Source: Folioceros fuciformis
Taxonomy: Eukaryota
Assembly: GCA_049999805.1 (NCBI GenBank)
Contig: JBNGIO010004566.1
Location: 1 to 37,021, forward strand
Direction of reading: 5' to 3'
Length of the DNA: 37,021 bases
Shown in pieces: positions 10,231 to 22,453 of the stretch. The notes below the pieces were generated by a model, which saw only the letters and a program-made list of their open reading frames with translations, was not told the DNA's origin and made no database searches. The position numbers and the translations under genes were made by a program. The stretch's first letter is position 1. Each line of letters opens with the position of its first letter.

Positions 10231-13200
10231 TCAAAACTTGCAGGGATTCCCTGTGAGCGTCCTGACCGAGGGGACAAGTGGTACGTGCAATCTGGCCTCA
10301 AGCACATCAGGGTGGAGTAAAAAGAGACCTCCAGACCAACGAGCAATGTTGTGGGGCGTTGGAGGCAGCCTGAATTGTGCTACACGTTCACCTTGTATGA
10401 TCCCAGCGTAGGTGAGAAATATTGCCTGTAGAGCCTTCGCACCTGTGAGTTCACTGTACCAAGATGCTATTTTAGGATATAGTGCTTGGACCAATATGTC
10501 TCCGCCAGCTTCCCATATTTTTTTGTGCACAGCAACCGTAGGCCACTCGAAAACTCCATCTGAGAGTTGGACAACTCCCACACATTCACTAGGCTTCCCC
10601 TTGCAGTAATGAAGAAAGACTTTCACCTCCACATCCCCTGAAATGGGCTGCGCTTTCATCCGACATCCTGGCTTCTTTCGGCAAGTATAATCATATGGCC
10701 TTGTAGCAGGAGCTGTTGCAGGTCTGCCTGAACCATATATAGGTGGAGGTAAGCCATCCAACGTGCTATGCAGGTAACCAGGAGGCGATGGAGGTCTGGA
10801 ACTTGGTGGGGATGGTGATTGGCCTCGGGAGCATGGCGGGGATGGCGACTGGCTTCTGGAATATGGCGGGGATGGTGATTGGTCCCTGGAACATGGCGGG
10901 GACGGTGATTGGTCTCTGGAACTTGGCGGTGATGGTGATTGGTCTCGGGAATATGGTGGTAACGATGATTTGTCTCTGGAATGCGGTGGAGATGGTGATT
11001 TGTCGTTGGAACACGGCGGTGATGATGATTTGTCTTTCCTCGTGTGCAGATCCTGTGGTGGCGGTTGTGATGCGCCTTTGCCACCAAGAGGACAAGACGT
11101 GGGTTTGGATGCACTAGGAGGGGGAGCAGGAGAAGGATGAGAGGATTTTGCAGCAGACGGGCAAGGAGTGGGTTTGCCACCCTGCGTGCTATGCAGGTGA
11201 CAGGGAGGCGATGGTTGTCTGGAATACGACGGGGATGGTGATTTGTCTTCCTTGTTGTGCAGCTCGCAAGGGGCCGATGGTGATTTACTTTTGGCAGCAG
11301 CTGGCCCAGGTGTAGGTTTGCCTGCCGTATGAGGGTCAGCAGAAGAAGGACAAGCAGATTTGGCAGCAGAAGGGCAAGGAGAGGTTTTGGCTGTATGAGA
11401 AGGGGAGGAAGGTTTGGTAGCAGGAACAGCTTTAGGTTTCTCAGACGGGGTCACTGCAGCTGCTGCTGTTGCAGGTCGAGTCTGTTGATTGCTGGGTGGA
11501 GTGTTACAGAAATCTGGCTGTCCTGTAGATGTCACACAACGGTGCCACATATTGCTGTTTGGATCTACGAAGCGGGAATGCTTGATAACAACTGGAATTG
11601 GCAGGAGGCAGTAGTGAGTATTGACAAGACCCACAGTCACGTTGGAGTACCCGGCAAATGCAGCATGAACCTGCAGAACACCCATGCAAACACGATGTCT
11701 GTCGAACCTCTCATGAAGAACAGGGTAGACTGAACTCGTATTTGACGCTGTGATGTGAAGCAATATTTGGCTTACTGCATTCTGCCCCAACACACTGCAA
11801 AAAATGTGGTCCGCCGAGTTACACGGCCTGGCTCGAATCATGTACGTGGGATCTATGTACTTCACGTCTGCTGACATTTTGATCTTGCTGAAATAGGCTT
11901 TCACCTATAAGTATGGTGTCAAGGCAGTGACGAGTTTGCGAAGCAAATTTTCAGTTGCAACCTGGTTCACAGGCAAGAATCTGGTCTGTTGGGCGTAACT
12001 TCTTGCTTCTCAACTGATACATCACTAACCTGGCTGTAGAACCATTTGCCAACATCTGCTAACACAGTGTTTCCTGAGGCATCGACAGCCCCCGTCTTCT
12101 CAAGAAGATCCTGCAGTGTTAAAAGCTAGCGTGACGATTGGCTGCACATCGACTGACTCAACTTGTACTGTTCGGTGTGACAGATGAACATCAACCACTC
12201 AAACCCGCAAGAGCACCTGTCCGGCACCTTCTGCAACCACAACGACACAAATGCCATTCCTTTCCAGTCTTTTTTTCATGAAAGCTAGCACGCCATTGTT
12301 TCCGTCCATCATAAATGGTACCTGCAGGTTTACGAGAGCGAAAATGGTAGGAACCCATAACATTTGCAACAAGGGGCACGAATGTTATAAAGATGTTACC
12401 TCAGGAATGAGAACCACATCTACTTGGCCACTTGCCAATGTAGCATGCATGGCTATGAAACCACTGTGCCTTCCCATGAGTTTCACAATACCAACACCGT
12501 TGAAAGCGCTAGAGGCCTACCAAAACACAGCTGAGCATAGATCAACACCGGAAAGGATACAGTGCTGCTCAGAATTAACAAAACAGCAAGCTGCATTCCT
12601 GCGCTCCACTGATGAAGGCAATAGGCAACAGCACCTCCACATAAGCAGCGTTTATGGCACGTTGAGCCTCCTCAACAGCTGTGTCGAAACCAAAGCTTTT
12701 ATCAACTAGAAGAAAATCATTATCAATTGTCTTGGGCACTCCTACAACGGCTAGCTTCAACTTGCGTGCCCAAACCTAGCACATTAACAGTTGGTATTAA
12801 AGATTTAACATGGGCCATGAACCTGACCCTTCTGCTCTTGAAGAGCGGCGACTGACGTTTATGGGACTTACTTCCTTGAAGATTGCATTTGCCCCGGCAT
12901 GTGAACCATTACCACCGATGACGAACAGCATGTTAACCTTCCATGCCTGCAGTAAAACGAAAGATTGAAATTTTCCAGGAGGGAATGCTAGGTAACTCCA
13001 CCAGAACCAATGCTCTCGCACACCTCTAATTTATCGACTATCTCGGAAATTTTTGGGCCACCACGAGTTACACCCAAAAAGCTGCCCCCTTGCATGTTGA
13101 TCCGTTGCACTACCTTTCTGTTCAGCTGCATATGTCACAGCTTAAAACTTGTTCAATGCCTTGGGAAAGTGATCAGAATCAGAACTTCCCCAAAAGGAAT

Positions 13201-14244
13201 AACTTCCCCAAGAATGCAAGCAAGGATGAGCTTACGGCAATGGGCGGTAGCTTCGGGTCGGAGAATCCACGGAACCCATACTGAATACCCAGGATTTGAC
13301 TCACACCATAGATCTCCAACGTGGATACAATCTGCATCACAGACATCTGAAGCATCACATCACATTTCTTCAGCAGCTTCAGACTAGCTAGGGAATAAGC
13401 GTGGTAAATACATGACCCCTACCTGACGAATGACATCATTAAGACCGGGACACAGCCCACCAGAGGTAAGGATGGCAGCCTTCACCTGGCAAAGACCAGT
13501 GTTAGACTTGAAATGAGACTCGAAAGGGATGAGACAATGTGAGGGAAGGACCAAACCATAGACAACAGAATACAGTATGTGCATACGCACTTCTTCTGGG
13601 CGAAAGTATATCCATGCCCTTGGGCCTGCACGTCGAGCCCTGGAGCAAGATGAGGCAGGAATTACGAACGGAAAGCAACCAGAGATTGAATAGTCCAAAT
13701 GTGAGCACGTGGAACGCAACACACGCACCACATGGGCCTAAATTGCCACTCCCCATTCTCATCAGTCTCAATGCCAGCAGAAGTTGGGTGGCCATAGTGC
13801 ACAACCTAGAAGACAGGTTGATTCGGTTGTCAGAACATTCGTGCAAGAACCGCACCTGCTTGCACCATTTTTGCATTTCTGCGAAACGGGCCCTCAGCTA
13901 CACAGCCGTCACCTTGACTGTACCTTCACAAGAACACGATCCTCATCATGCACAAACAGTCTCCCCATGTCATGCCTATCTGGTCTTGGTGGGCTGGACA
14001 CCCCATCTGGCAAAGGTGCTCTGGTACATAATGCAAGAGATGTGAGAAACAGGAGCGTGCCGGAATCTGTGCTTCATGCAAATGAGTGAAGCAAACTGGA
14101 TGTGGATGTGTACCCGCTTTTAGTCCTGTACGTTGATTCAAGCCGTCCCAGGCCAAGATAGTCCCCTAAGTGAGGCAACTCGAACGCGTCATCGGACTTT
14201 TTAGGCAACGACAGCTCTTCCTCCAGCGCACTCTTTCTCCCCAT
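10231..14244 (-). CDS. PFK5: ATP-dependent 6-phosphofructokinase, PFK5-like, multi-exon, with a 425-aa C-terminal extension; start codon uncertain (14244, or an upstream exon from about 14418)
   Basis: Spliced motifs [128 protein letters not shown] and [23 protein letters not shown] and WHRC point to the PFK5 type. Confidence 0.93.
10790..11040 (-). repeat. Coding 33-bp tandem repeat, about 7 copies of 11-aa [15 protein letters not shown] units
   Basis: Plus-strand unit approximately atggcggggatggtgattggtccctggaac with a 33-nt period; the reading frame is preserved throughout. Confidence 0.9.
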
Positions 14245-14952
14245 CTCCAGTGCCTGACAAGCAAGCTACACAACCACGCAGCGCAAACAGGAAATCCTGT
14301 CTTGCGCATGCTCATGTCTGCCCAACGCAAGAGGGATCCAGTCCGGCTGCCGCTGCTGCCCTGTGGACGCAATCTGAGATTCGCTGCTCTCCCACAGTCT
14401 GCTGTTGTTCGTCACCATTTTACGACAAATTCTCTATCCAGATTTCGCAGGGTCCGACCATTCCCGTGGTGGCCGAACCGCAAAAATTGCATCCTGCACA
14501 CAACTCCTTGGTCTCGTCAAACCCACCAGGGATTGCCTCGGGTTCGATACACACAACAAACATCTCACTGAGCAACCACACGGCACCGGCGAGACGCGCG
14601 CATTGCAGCAGCCGGCATGGGTTCAGCTGACTGCGGGCTCAATTTTCTCTAACTACCAAGCCGCCTGAAAAATCTCGGTCGTCTCCCACCTGCCTTGCAG
14701 AAATGGTGGTACTTGGCACGGTGACGGAAAGGCCGTGGTGCTTCTGAAGATAATGACAGGTGGCAGTTTGGGTGGACATTTGGCTGTGTTGGTCTAGGTG
14801 GCCTTTAAATTCGGTACGGAGGAATGCTGCAGGCATGCATCAGGGTGGCAATGTTCAGCAGCTCCTCCGTTGAAGTATCTAATCCACGTTCTTGCTGTGG
14901 GTCCATGAACGAGACGCGGTTGACGTTGGTTGGGCTTTGATTTCTTGTTCAA

Positions 14953-17768
14953 GTGCAGGGCAAGCACCGCGGCCAGGAAGGACGGGGTCTGGGAATTGAA
15001 TTTCAACAGGGGCAGAGATTGGAAGCTGCTGGGGGGAAGACGTGGGAGGAGGAACTACTTGGTGAGGATGTTGAAGCGTTGGGCCTTGTGGTGGACCGAC
15101 GACCTCCAGTCCCTGTATCTCTTATCCATCGCTTTCTCAGGAGGTGCATGGCAGAGGGGAGTTTGGTTCTCGGGAGGCGAGGTCATGCTCTGGCTCTTCG
15201 ATGTGGGCTAGAGTGCGACATGTTCTTGGCCAGCCACTTCATCCGCATGTATGCTTCCCATGGGAAGCTGGAGGAAGCCACACATGCGTTCTCCAAACTG
15301 GCGGTCCCAAGCACGTATCTGTCGTCCTGCATCATGTCGGCACTTGCTGATCATGGGGACGTTGCACATGCCCCGGGGCTGTCTCAACGGATGACTGCAG
15401 GGCCAGATGATCGCACCTTTGTGGCGATACTCAAGGCATGTACCAGGGTAGGAGATCTGGCATCGGGCAGGAAGGTCCATGCAGATATTTTGGGGGCTGC
15501 AGTTGAGCCAAATGTCTTTGTCAGCAACTGCCTGGTGCATATATATGTTAAGTGTGGCAGGCTGGAGGATGCTCGCAAGGTTTCTGACAGTCTGAGAACA
15601 AAAGACGTGGTAACTTGGACCACTATGGTTGGCGGGTATGCTCACCATGGCCTTGGTCAGGAACCTCTTTCCCTTTATTCAGATATGTGCAACGAGAGGG
15701 CGTCTGTGCAGCCAATCATGTTACGTTTGCTTTGCCTTTTGAAGGCCTGTACCAGGATCTTGGATCTACCTGAGGCTAACCGGCTTCATTCCGAGTTGCA
15801 GGAAAGGGGTTTGGGGACTAATCTTCTTCTTGGCAACTGCCTGGTGGACATGTCTGCAAAATGTGGCAGCCTTGAGGATGCTTGCAAGGTCTTTGACTAT
15901 CTACCCGTGCGGGATGTGGTGACATGGAATGCCCTCGTAACCGGGTATGTGCAGCATGGCCGTGGTCAAGAGAGTCTCGCTTTGTTTGCAAGAATGCAAC
16001 AGGCAGGTATTCATGCCTATCAGGTGACATTTGCCTCCCTTCTAAAGGCATGCGCCAGTATTCGAGCTTTACGTGAGGGGAAGATTCTGCATCGCTGGAT
16101 CAAGCAGAAAGGACACGAGGATGATGAGGTTATTGTCAACTGTCTGGTGGACATGTATGCAAGATGCGGAAGCTTAGAGGATGCTCGCAGAGTATTTGAC
16201 AGATTCCGGTCACGAAATGTGATAACATGGACAGTCATGATAGCAGCATATGCTGACCAGGGTTTTGGTGAGGAATGTCTCTGTCTTTATGCAAGGATGC
16301 AGCAGGAAGGCATCACTCGGGGTGACCCCGTTACATTTTCATGTCTTCTGAAAGCCTGTGGCTGTATAGCGGATTTGCATCGAGGAAGACAAGTTCATGC
16401 CGAAATCGAGAGCCATGGCCTGGACTCCGATGTGATCGTAGGCAACTGCCTGGTAGAAATGTATGCAAAATGTGGCAGCTTATTCGAAGGGCGTGAGGTG
16501 TTTGATAGAATGCCCGAAAGAGGTGTGACATGGACTGTGATGATATCCAGGTATGCTGAGCATGGGCTTGGTCAGGAATCTCTTGCACTCTATGCAAGTA
16601 TGCGGCAGGAAGGCATTACTTCAGTAGACAGAATTGTATTGGCCTGCCTTTTGACTGCGTTTGCTGGTTCAAGTGATTAGGAGCAAGGGAAGCAGCTTCA
16701 TTCCCAGATTCAGGAGCAAGGCTTTTAATCTGATACGCATGTTGGCAACCGCCTGGTGGACATGTACGCAAACTGTGGAAGCGTAGAGGATGCCCATCGA
16801 GTCTTCAACAGTATGCCCATCAGAGATGTTGTCACATGGACTGCCCTAATTGCCGCATACTCTTAGCAGAGGCTCCTCAAGGAAGTCCTCATTCTTTACG
16901 CAAGGATGCAACAAGAGGGCATGACTTCACCTGATAGCGTCACATTTGCATGCCTTCTCAAAGCTTGTGCAAGCCTGGGACTTCTACATCATGGAGAGGA
17001 GCTCCACGCCCAGATTCAGAGCAGGCAGGGACTGGAAGAACGCGAACTTATTGGCCACTGCCTTGTTGCCATGTATGCGAAATGCGGCAGTTTGGAGGAA
17101 TCTTGTAAAATATTCAACAGACTACGAGCAAGGAATGTGGTGGCATGGAATGCCATGATCGGTGGCTATGCTCAGCACGGACGCGGCCAAGAGACAATGA
17201 GATGCTATGAAAGAGGTGTTTTGTGGGTATCAAGCCAGATGCAGTCACCTTTCTTTCGCTCCTCACAGCTTGCAGTCGTGCTGGCCTAGTTGACAAAGGT
17301 GATGAGTACTTCCAGTCCATGAGCATGGCCCATGGCCTGACCCCACCGATAGAGCACTACGTCTGCATGGTCGACCTGTTCGGGCGTGCAGGAATGTTCG
17401 CAAAAGTAGAAAAGCTGCTTATAGCAACGCCCATGGAGCCGGATCTGGCTCTGTGGCTGTGTTTGCTGGCTGCATGCCGGCGACACACAAATGTTGTGCT
17501 GGGAGAATGTGCATTCCGCTGTGCTGTGCACGAACATCCTAAACATTCTGCCGCGTATGTGATGATGTCTCACATTTATGCCGACGCCAGTCTGCTGCAC
17601 CGCGCCGCTGTAGTGCAGTCCTTGAGAAAAAAGGCAGGCGCGTGGAAAGAGCCTGGCCACAGCCGGATTGAGCTCGAGAAGGAAGTCCACTGGGTCTTTA
17701 AGGGAGATCTTTCTTCAACCTCGAGAATAGCTTGCCTGTCCACACCCTTCGCTGTGACTCGATGGTGA
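14953..17768 (+). pseudogene. PLS-E+ PPR pseudogene (PPR-C)
   Basis: PPR homology continues across in-frame stops TAG 16678-16680, TAA 16726-16728 and TAG 16864-16866, and across a frameshift near 17210-17225 (CYE.../GIKPD in different frames). Conserved residues are eroded (DMSAKC, VSDSL, PGHSRIE). The 5' end is unresolved. Confidence 0.88.
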
Positions 17769-18188
17769 ACCTGTCTGCATTAAATCTCGAAAGCATACCC
17801 ACCCGTTTTCTGAAATTTCTTCTCGGCCCGCCTTGGAGCCTGTCTCGCATCTCTGTTACTTACACGCTTGTGGCACTGCTCGACACGTCTGCTGTTAAAG
17901 AGCTCTGAACGATGGCGTCCATCAAAGCTGTAATAATGTTTGTGCCTTTCTCGGCATCTCGGAGAGACTACGGGTTGTCTCTGACTGGTCGAGAAAAGAG
18001 ATAGCCGCTCTCGTAATGCAGGGGTCGAACTTGGCTCTTCTCAACTTCTGAATCCCTCGGCTTGCTTGCTTGCTTGTGGTAAGGCTGCCAGTGCAGCGGT
18101 CAGGCTCGCTGCTACATGGAGAAGGTTCTATTTCCTTCACCTGTGCCGCCCATGAAGTCCACCTCGGCCGCAGGAACCGGGATCGCAA

Positions 18189-21100
18189 ATGAGGAAAGGT
18201 GGGCGTTTGTTCATGCGGAGCCGGGGCAGGCATCTGTCGTCGTTGGAAGTCCTGGGCCTGGAGAGGGCAATAGCCGAAGGGTCCCATTGCAGAGTGGTGA
18301 AGGATGATGGGTACCTGGGTGACGCAGTCGAAGCATTGGGCTTCCTGGTGGAGCAAAGGCTGTACGTTTCCGTTTCTCTCTTGTGCAACGTGCTCAAAAG
18401 GTGCATCCAGCAGAGGGATTTGGATCTTGGTAGGCGTGTGCATGCTCTCACTGGGAACAGTGGATATGAATCCAACACACTCTTGGCCAATCACATCGTT
18501 CGCATGTACACTTCCCGTGGGAGGGTGCAGGAAGCATCACTGGTTTTCAGCAAGTTGGTTTCTCCAGATGCTTTCGTCTGGCTGTCCATAATCCTGGCAC
18601 ATGTTGAACATAAGCGACCTGCACAGGCTGTAGAACTTTATTGGCAGATGAGAAAGTCGGGTGCTGATGCCGATAGTCATGTTCATGGGGCAGTCCTTAA
18701 AGCTTGTGCAAGTACAGCAGATCTTGGTTCAGGCAAACAGGTACATGCTGATCTTTTGCAGAGAGCGCTTCAGCCCAATGTGTATGTTGCGAACTGCTTG
18801 GTGGACATGTATGCGAAATGTGGCAGCTTAGAGGATGCCCGCACAGTTTTTGATAGCTTGCCCACGAAAGATGTGGTGTCCTGGACTGCCATGATTGCTG
18901 CATACGCTGAGCACGGGCTCGGTCAAGAAGCTCTTGCTCTGTACGCGTTAATGCAGCAGGAGGGCATCACTGCTGATCGCATCACATTCTCCTGCCTTTT
19001 GAAAGCATGTGCAGGCGTTGGTGCCTTGAGTGAGGGCAGGGAACTCCACTATCAGATACAGGGTCAAGGGTTGGAAGCTGATTCATTCATTGGAAGCTCT
19101 CTGGTCCACATGTACGCAAAATGTGGTAGCTTGGAGTGTGCTCGTGAAGTGTTTGACAGATTGGTAACAAGAGATGTGGTCACATGGACTGCCATGATAG
19201 CCGGGTATGCCCAACATGGGCGTTTTGAAGAATCTTTGGGTATATATGCTAGTATGCAAGAGGAAGGCAAAACTGAAGCCAATCATGTAACGCTTGTGTG
19301 GCTTCTGAAAGCGTGTGCGGAACTCAGAGCTCTGCAGCAAGGCAAGGAGCTGCATGCGCATGTTCAGGAAAGAGATTTGGAAGCTGATGTTGTTATTGGT
19401 AACTGCCTCGTAGACATGTATGCAAAATGTGGGAGCTTCGACGATGCTCGTCAACTGTTTGATAGACTGCCCACAAGAGATGTGGTGACTTGGACTGCAA
19501 TGATAGCAGGATATGCTCAGCACGGATTTGGTGATAAGTCTCTATCCCTTTATGCAAGCATGCGGCATGAGGGCATCACGCCAGCTGATTCTGTTACTTA
19601 CGCCTGTCTTCTCGGAGCATGTTGCAGCACTGGAGCACTGCGTCAGGGTAAGGAGCTCCATGCCCAGATTCAGGAGAGAGGACTTGAAGCTAGCATACTT
19701 GTTTGCAACTCGCTGGTGGATATGTATGCGAAATGTGGAAGCTTAGAAGATGCTCGAATAGTATTTGACAAGTTGCCCCAAAGAGATGTAGTGACATGGA
19801 ATACTATGTTTGCTGCATATGCTCACGTTGGTCTTGGGGAAGAGGCTCTGGCTCTTCGTGAGAGCATGGAAGAGGATTGCATTACTGAAGCTGATCATGT
19901 TACGTTTGCCTGCCTATTGAAGGCATGTGCAAGTGTTACAGCTTTGCCTTCAGGGAAGGAGCTTCATCGCCAGATTCGACGCAGAGGATTGCAAGATAAT
20001 TTGGTTATCAGCAACTGCCTCATAGACATGTATGCTAAATGTAGGTCCCTAGAGGATGCTCGTGACGTGTTCGAAAAGTTGCCCCGAAAGGATCTGGTAA
20101 CATGGACTGCCATGATTGGTGGATATGCCGAGCAGGGCCTTGGTGAAGAGGCCATAAGTTTATATACAAGGATGCAGCATGAGGGAATGACTTCAGTCGA
20201 TTGTGTTATGCTTGCCTGCGTCTTGCGAGCATGTGCCAGCATTGGAGCTTTACACAAGGGGAAGCAGCTTCATTCCGAAATTGAGGTCAAGGGATTGAAA
20301 GCAGATATAATTGTTTGCAATGCCCTTATTGACATGTACGCCAAATGTGGAAGCTTAGAGGAGGCTCGGAAGCTGTTTGATGAGATGTCCACCAAAGATG
20401 TGGTTTCATGGAATACCATGATTGCCGGATATAGTCAGCATGGATTTGGTCAGAAATCCCTTACATTGTATGCAAGAATGCTTCACGATGGCAACGTCTC
20501 ACCTAATCAAGTCACTTACATATGCCTTTTGAAAGCCTGTACAAACATCGAAGCCTTGCATCTGGGAAAGGAAATTCTCTGTCACATTCGGAAAAGGAAG
20601 CTGGATGAGGATGTAGTTATCGGCAACTGCTTAGTGGATATGTTTGCGAAGTGTGGCAGTGTCGAGGATGCCCGAATGGTGTTTGACAAGCTGCCTGTGA
20701 AGGATGTGAGAACGTGGAATGCATTGCTTGCAGGATACAATCAGAGTGGCTTCGGTGAAGGATCCCTGGCTCTCTATGCACGTATGCAGGAAGATTCCAT
20801 TGTAGCAGATCAAATCACGTACGTGTGCGTCTTGAAAGCGTGTGGAAGCATTCGAGCTTTGTGGCAGGGAAAGAAGGTGCATAGCAAGATAAAAGAAATA
20901 AACATGGAGACTGATATTGTTATTGGCAACTGCCTGGTGGACATGTATGCAAGATGCGGAAGTTTAGAGGATGCTCGTAGAGTGTTTGACAGACTGCCCT
21001 CAAGAGACACAGTGTCATGGACTACAATGATTACCGGGTATGTCGAGCACGGATCCAGTCAAGAAGCCCTTTCTCTGTATGGAAGAATGCAACAGGAGAT

Positions 21101-22066
21101 CCTTACTCCACCTGATCAGGCCACATACGCATCACTTCTGAAAGCGTGTGCAAGTACCGGAGCTCTTGATCAAGGGAAACAGCTTCATGCCGAGATACAG
21201 GAGAGGACATTAGAAGTTTCTGGGGTCATAGGCAACTGTTTGGTGGATATGTATGCGAAATGTGGGAGTCTGTTAGATGCGTGCAGTATGTTCAGTAGGT
21301 TGACCACAAAAGATGTGGTGACTTGGACTGCCATGATCTCGGGATATGCTCAGCACGGGTACAGTCAAGAAGCGGTGGACTGCTACGAGAAAATGAAAGT
21401 GGCAGGTACGAAGCCAGATGGGGTCACATTCCTCTCCCTTCTCTCCGCTTGTACTCATGCTGGCCTGGTCATGAAAGGTGTGGAGTACTTCGAATCCATG
21501 GCCGGAGATTACGGCATCTGTCCCCAGGCTGAGCACTACGTCTGTATGATGGATCTGTTTGGCCGTGCCGGATGCTTCAAAATGGCAGAAGAATTGTTGT
21601 TCCGCATGCCAATGCAACCTAATCTTGCAACTTGGTTATGTTTGTTGGGCGCCTGTCGGAAGCATGGCAATGTTGTATTGGGAGAACGGGCATTCGACGG
21701 CGCAGTTCGTCTAGAGCCACAGCATCCTGCTGCATATGTGTTAATGTCCCAAATTTATGCTGACGCTGGCCTTCAGGACCGAGCACTGGAGGTACATGCA
21801 GTGCGACAAGAGCGGGGTGCGTGGAAGGAGCCTGGCCAGAGCNNNNNNNNNNNNNNNNNNNNNNNNNNNNNNNNNNNNNNNNNNNNNNNNNNNNNNNNNN
21901 NNNNNNNNNNNNNNNNNNNNNNNNNNNNNNNNNNNNNNNNNNTGGCCAGAGCTGGATTGAGTGCAACCAAGAAGTTTACACGTTTGCAGTAGGAGATAGC
22001 CAGCAGCCGGAATATAGAGAATTGTATACTCTACTGGCAAAAGTGAGCAAACACCTGGAATTGTAA
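18189..22066 (+). CDS. Long intronless PLS-class PPR protein, E+ type (PPR-D), interrupted by a 100-N assembly gap
   Basis: ATG at 18189 (MRKGGRLFMRSRGRHLSSL) followed by about 10 P-L-S triplets. Closing the gap at the duplicated tggccagagc gives AWKEPGQSWIECNQEVYTFAVGDSQQPEYRELYTLLAKVSKHLEL*. Confidence 0.92.
21843..21942. other. 100-N scaffold gap with overlapping flanks
   Basis: tggccagagc occurs immediately before (21833-21842) and immediately after (21943-21952) the Ns. Confidence 0.9.
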
Positions 22067-22453
22067 ATACTAATCCTTTGCGCAGGCTTCCAATTCCTTG
22101 AAGGCCAAGCACACATAATTATGAAAGAATTCGTACTCCAATGCTCAACTGACACGTCCGAGCTGTGACTTCCATCCTTCTATGGACAAATCTACTCGAG
22201 AAGTTTTTTCCTCCACCAGAGTTTTCCATGTGCTTGGATACTGGATTCCCAAGATGTCACATGTAATTCTTGAGGCCAACTCGCAGACATAGAACTGGTC
22301 AATTCGCAGGACATTGGGCAAGCATGAATCAGAGGACAGATACACTGTTGAACCATACAGATCTTGAAATCATCAACACGACCTAAATAACTTGGCCTTC
22401 TCTGATGTGGGGTTTCCACTTTCAAAGGGATGTCTGCAATGGAAGTCTCGACA

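Noticed and set aside
10656-11180. His/Arg-rich and Met/Gly-rich repeat ORFs overlapping the PFK linker
   Set aside because: They are alternative frames of the same 33-bp repeat. Only the PFK frame is open across the whole region.
11671-11776. Extra ~35 aa inside the PFK ORF-track protein (VSQILL...GVLQ)
   Set aside because: This is an in-frame GT-AG intron between GQNA and VHAAFAG, not an insertion.
16678-16866. Stops in PPR-C rescued by U-to-C editing
   Set aside because: The gene is nuclear and that editing is organellar. The first stop replaces a Leu position, and there is also a frameshift.
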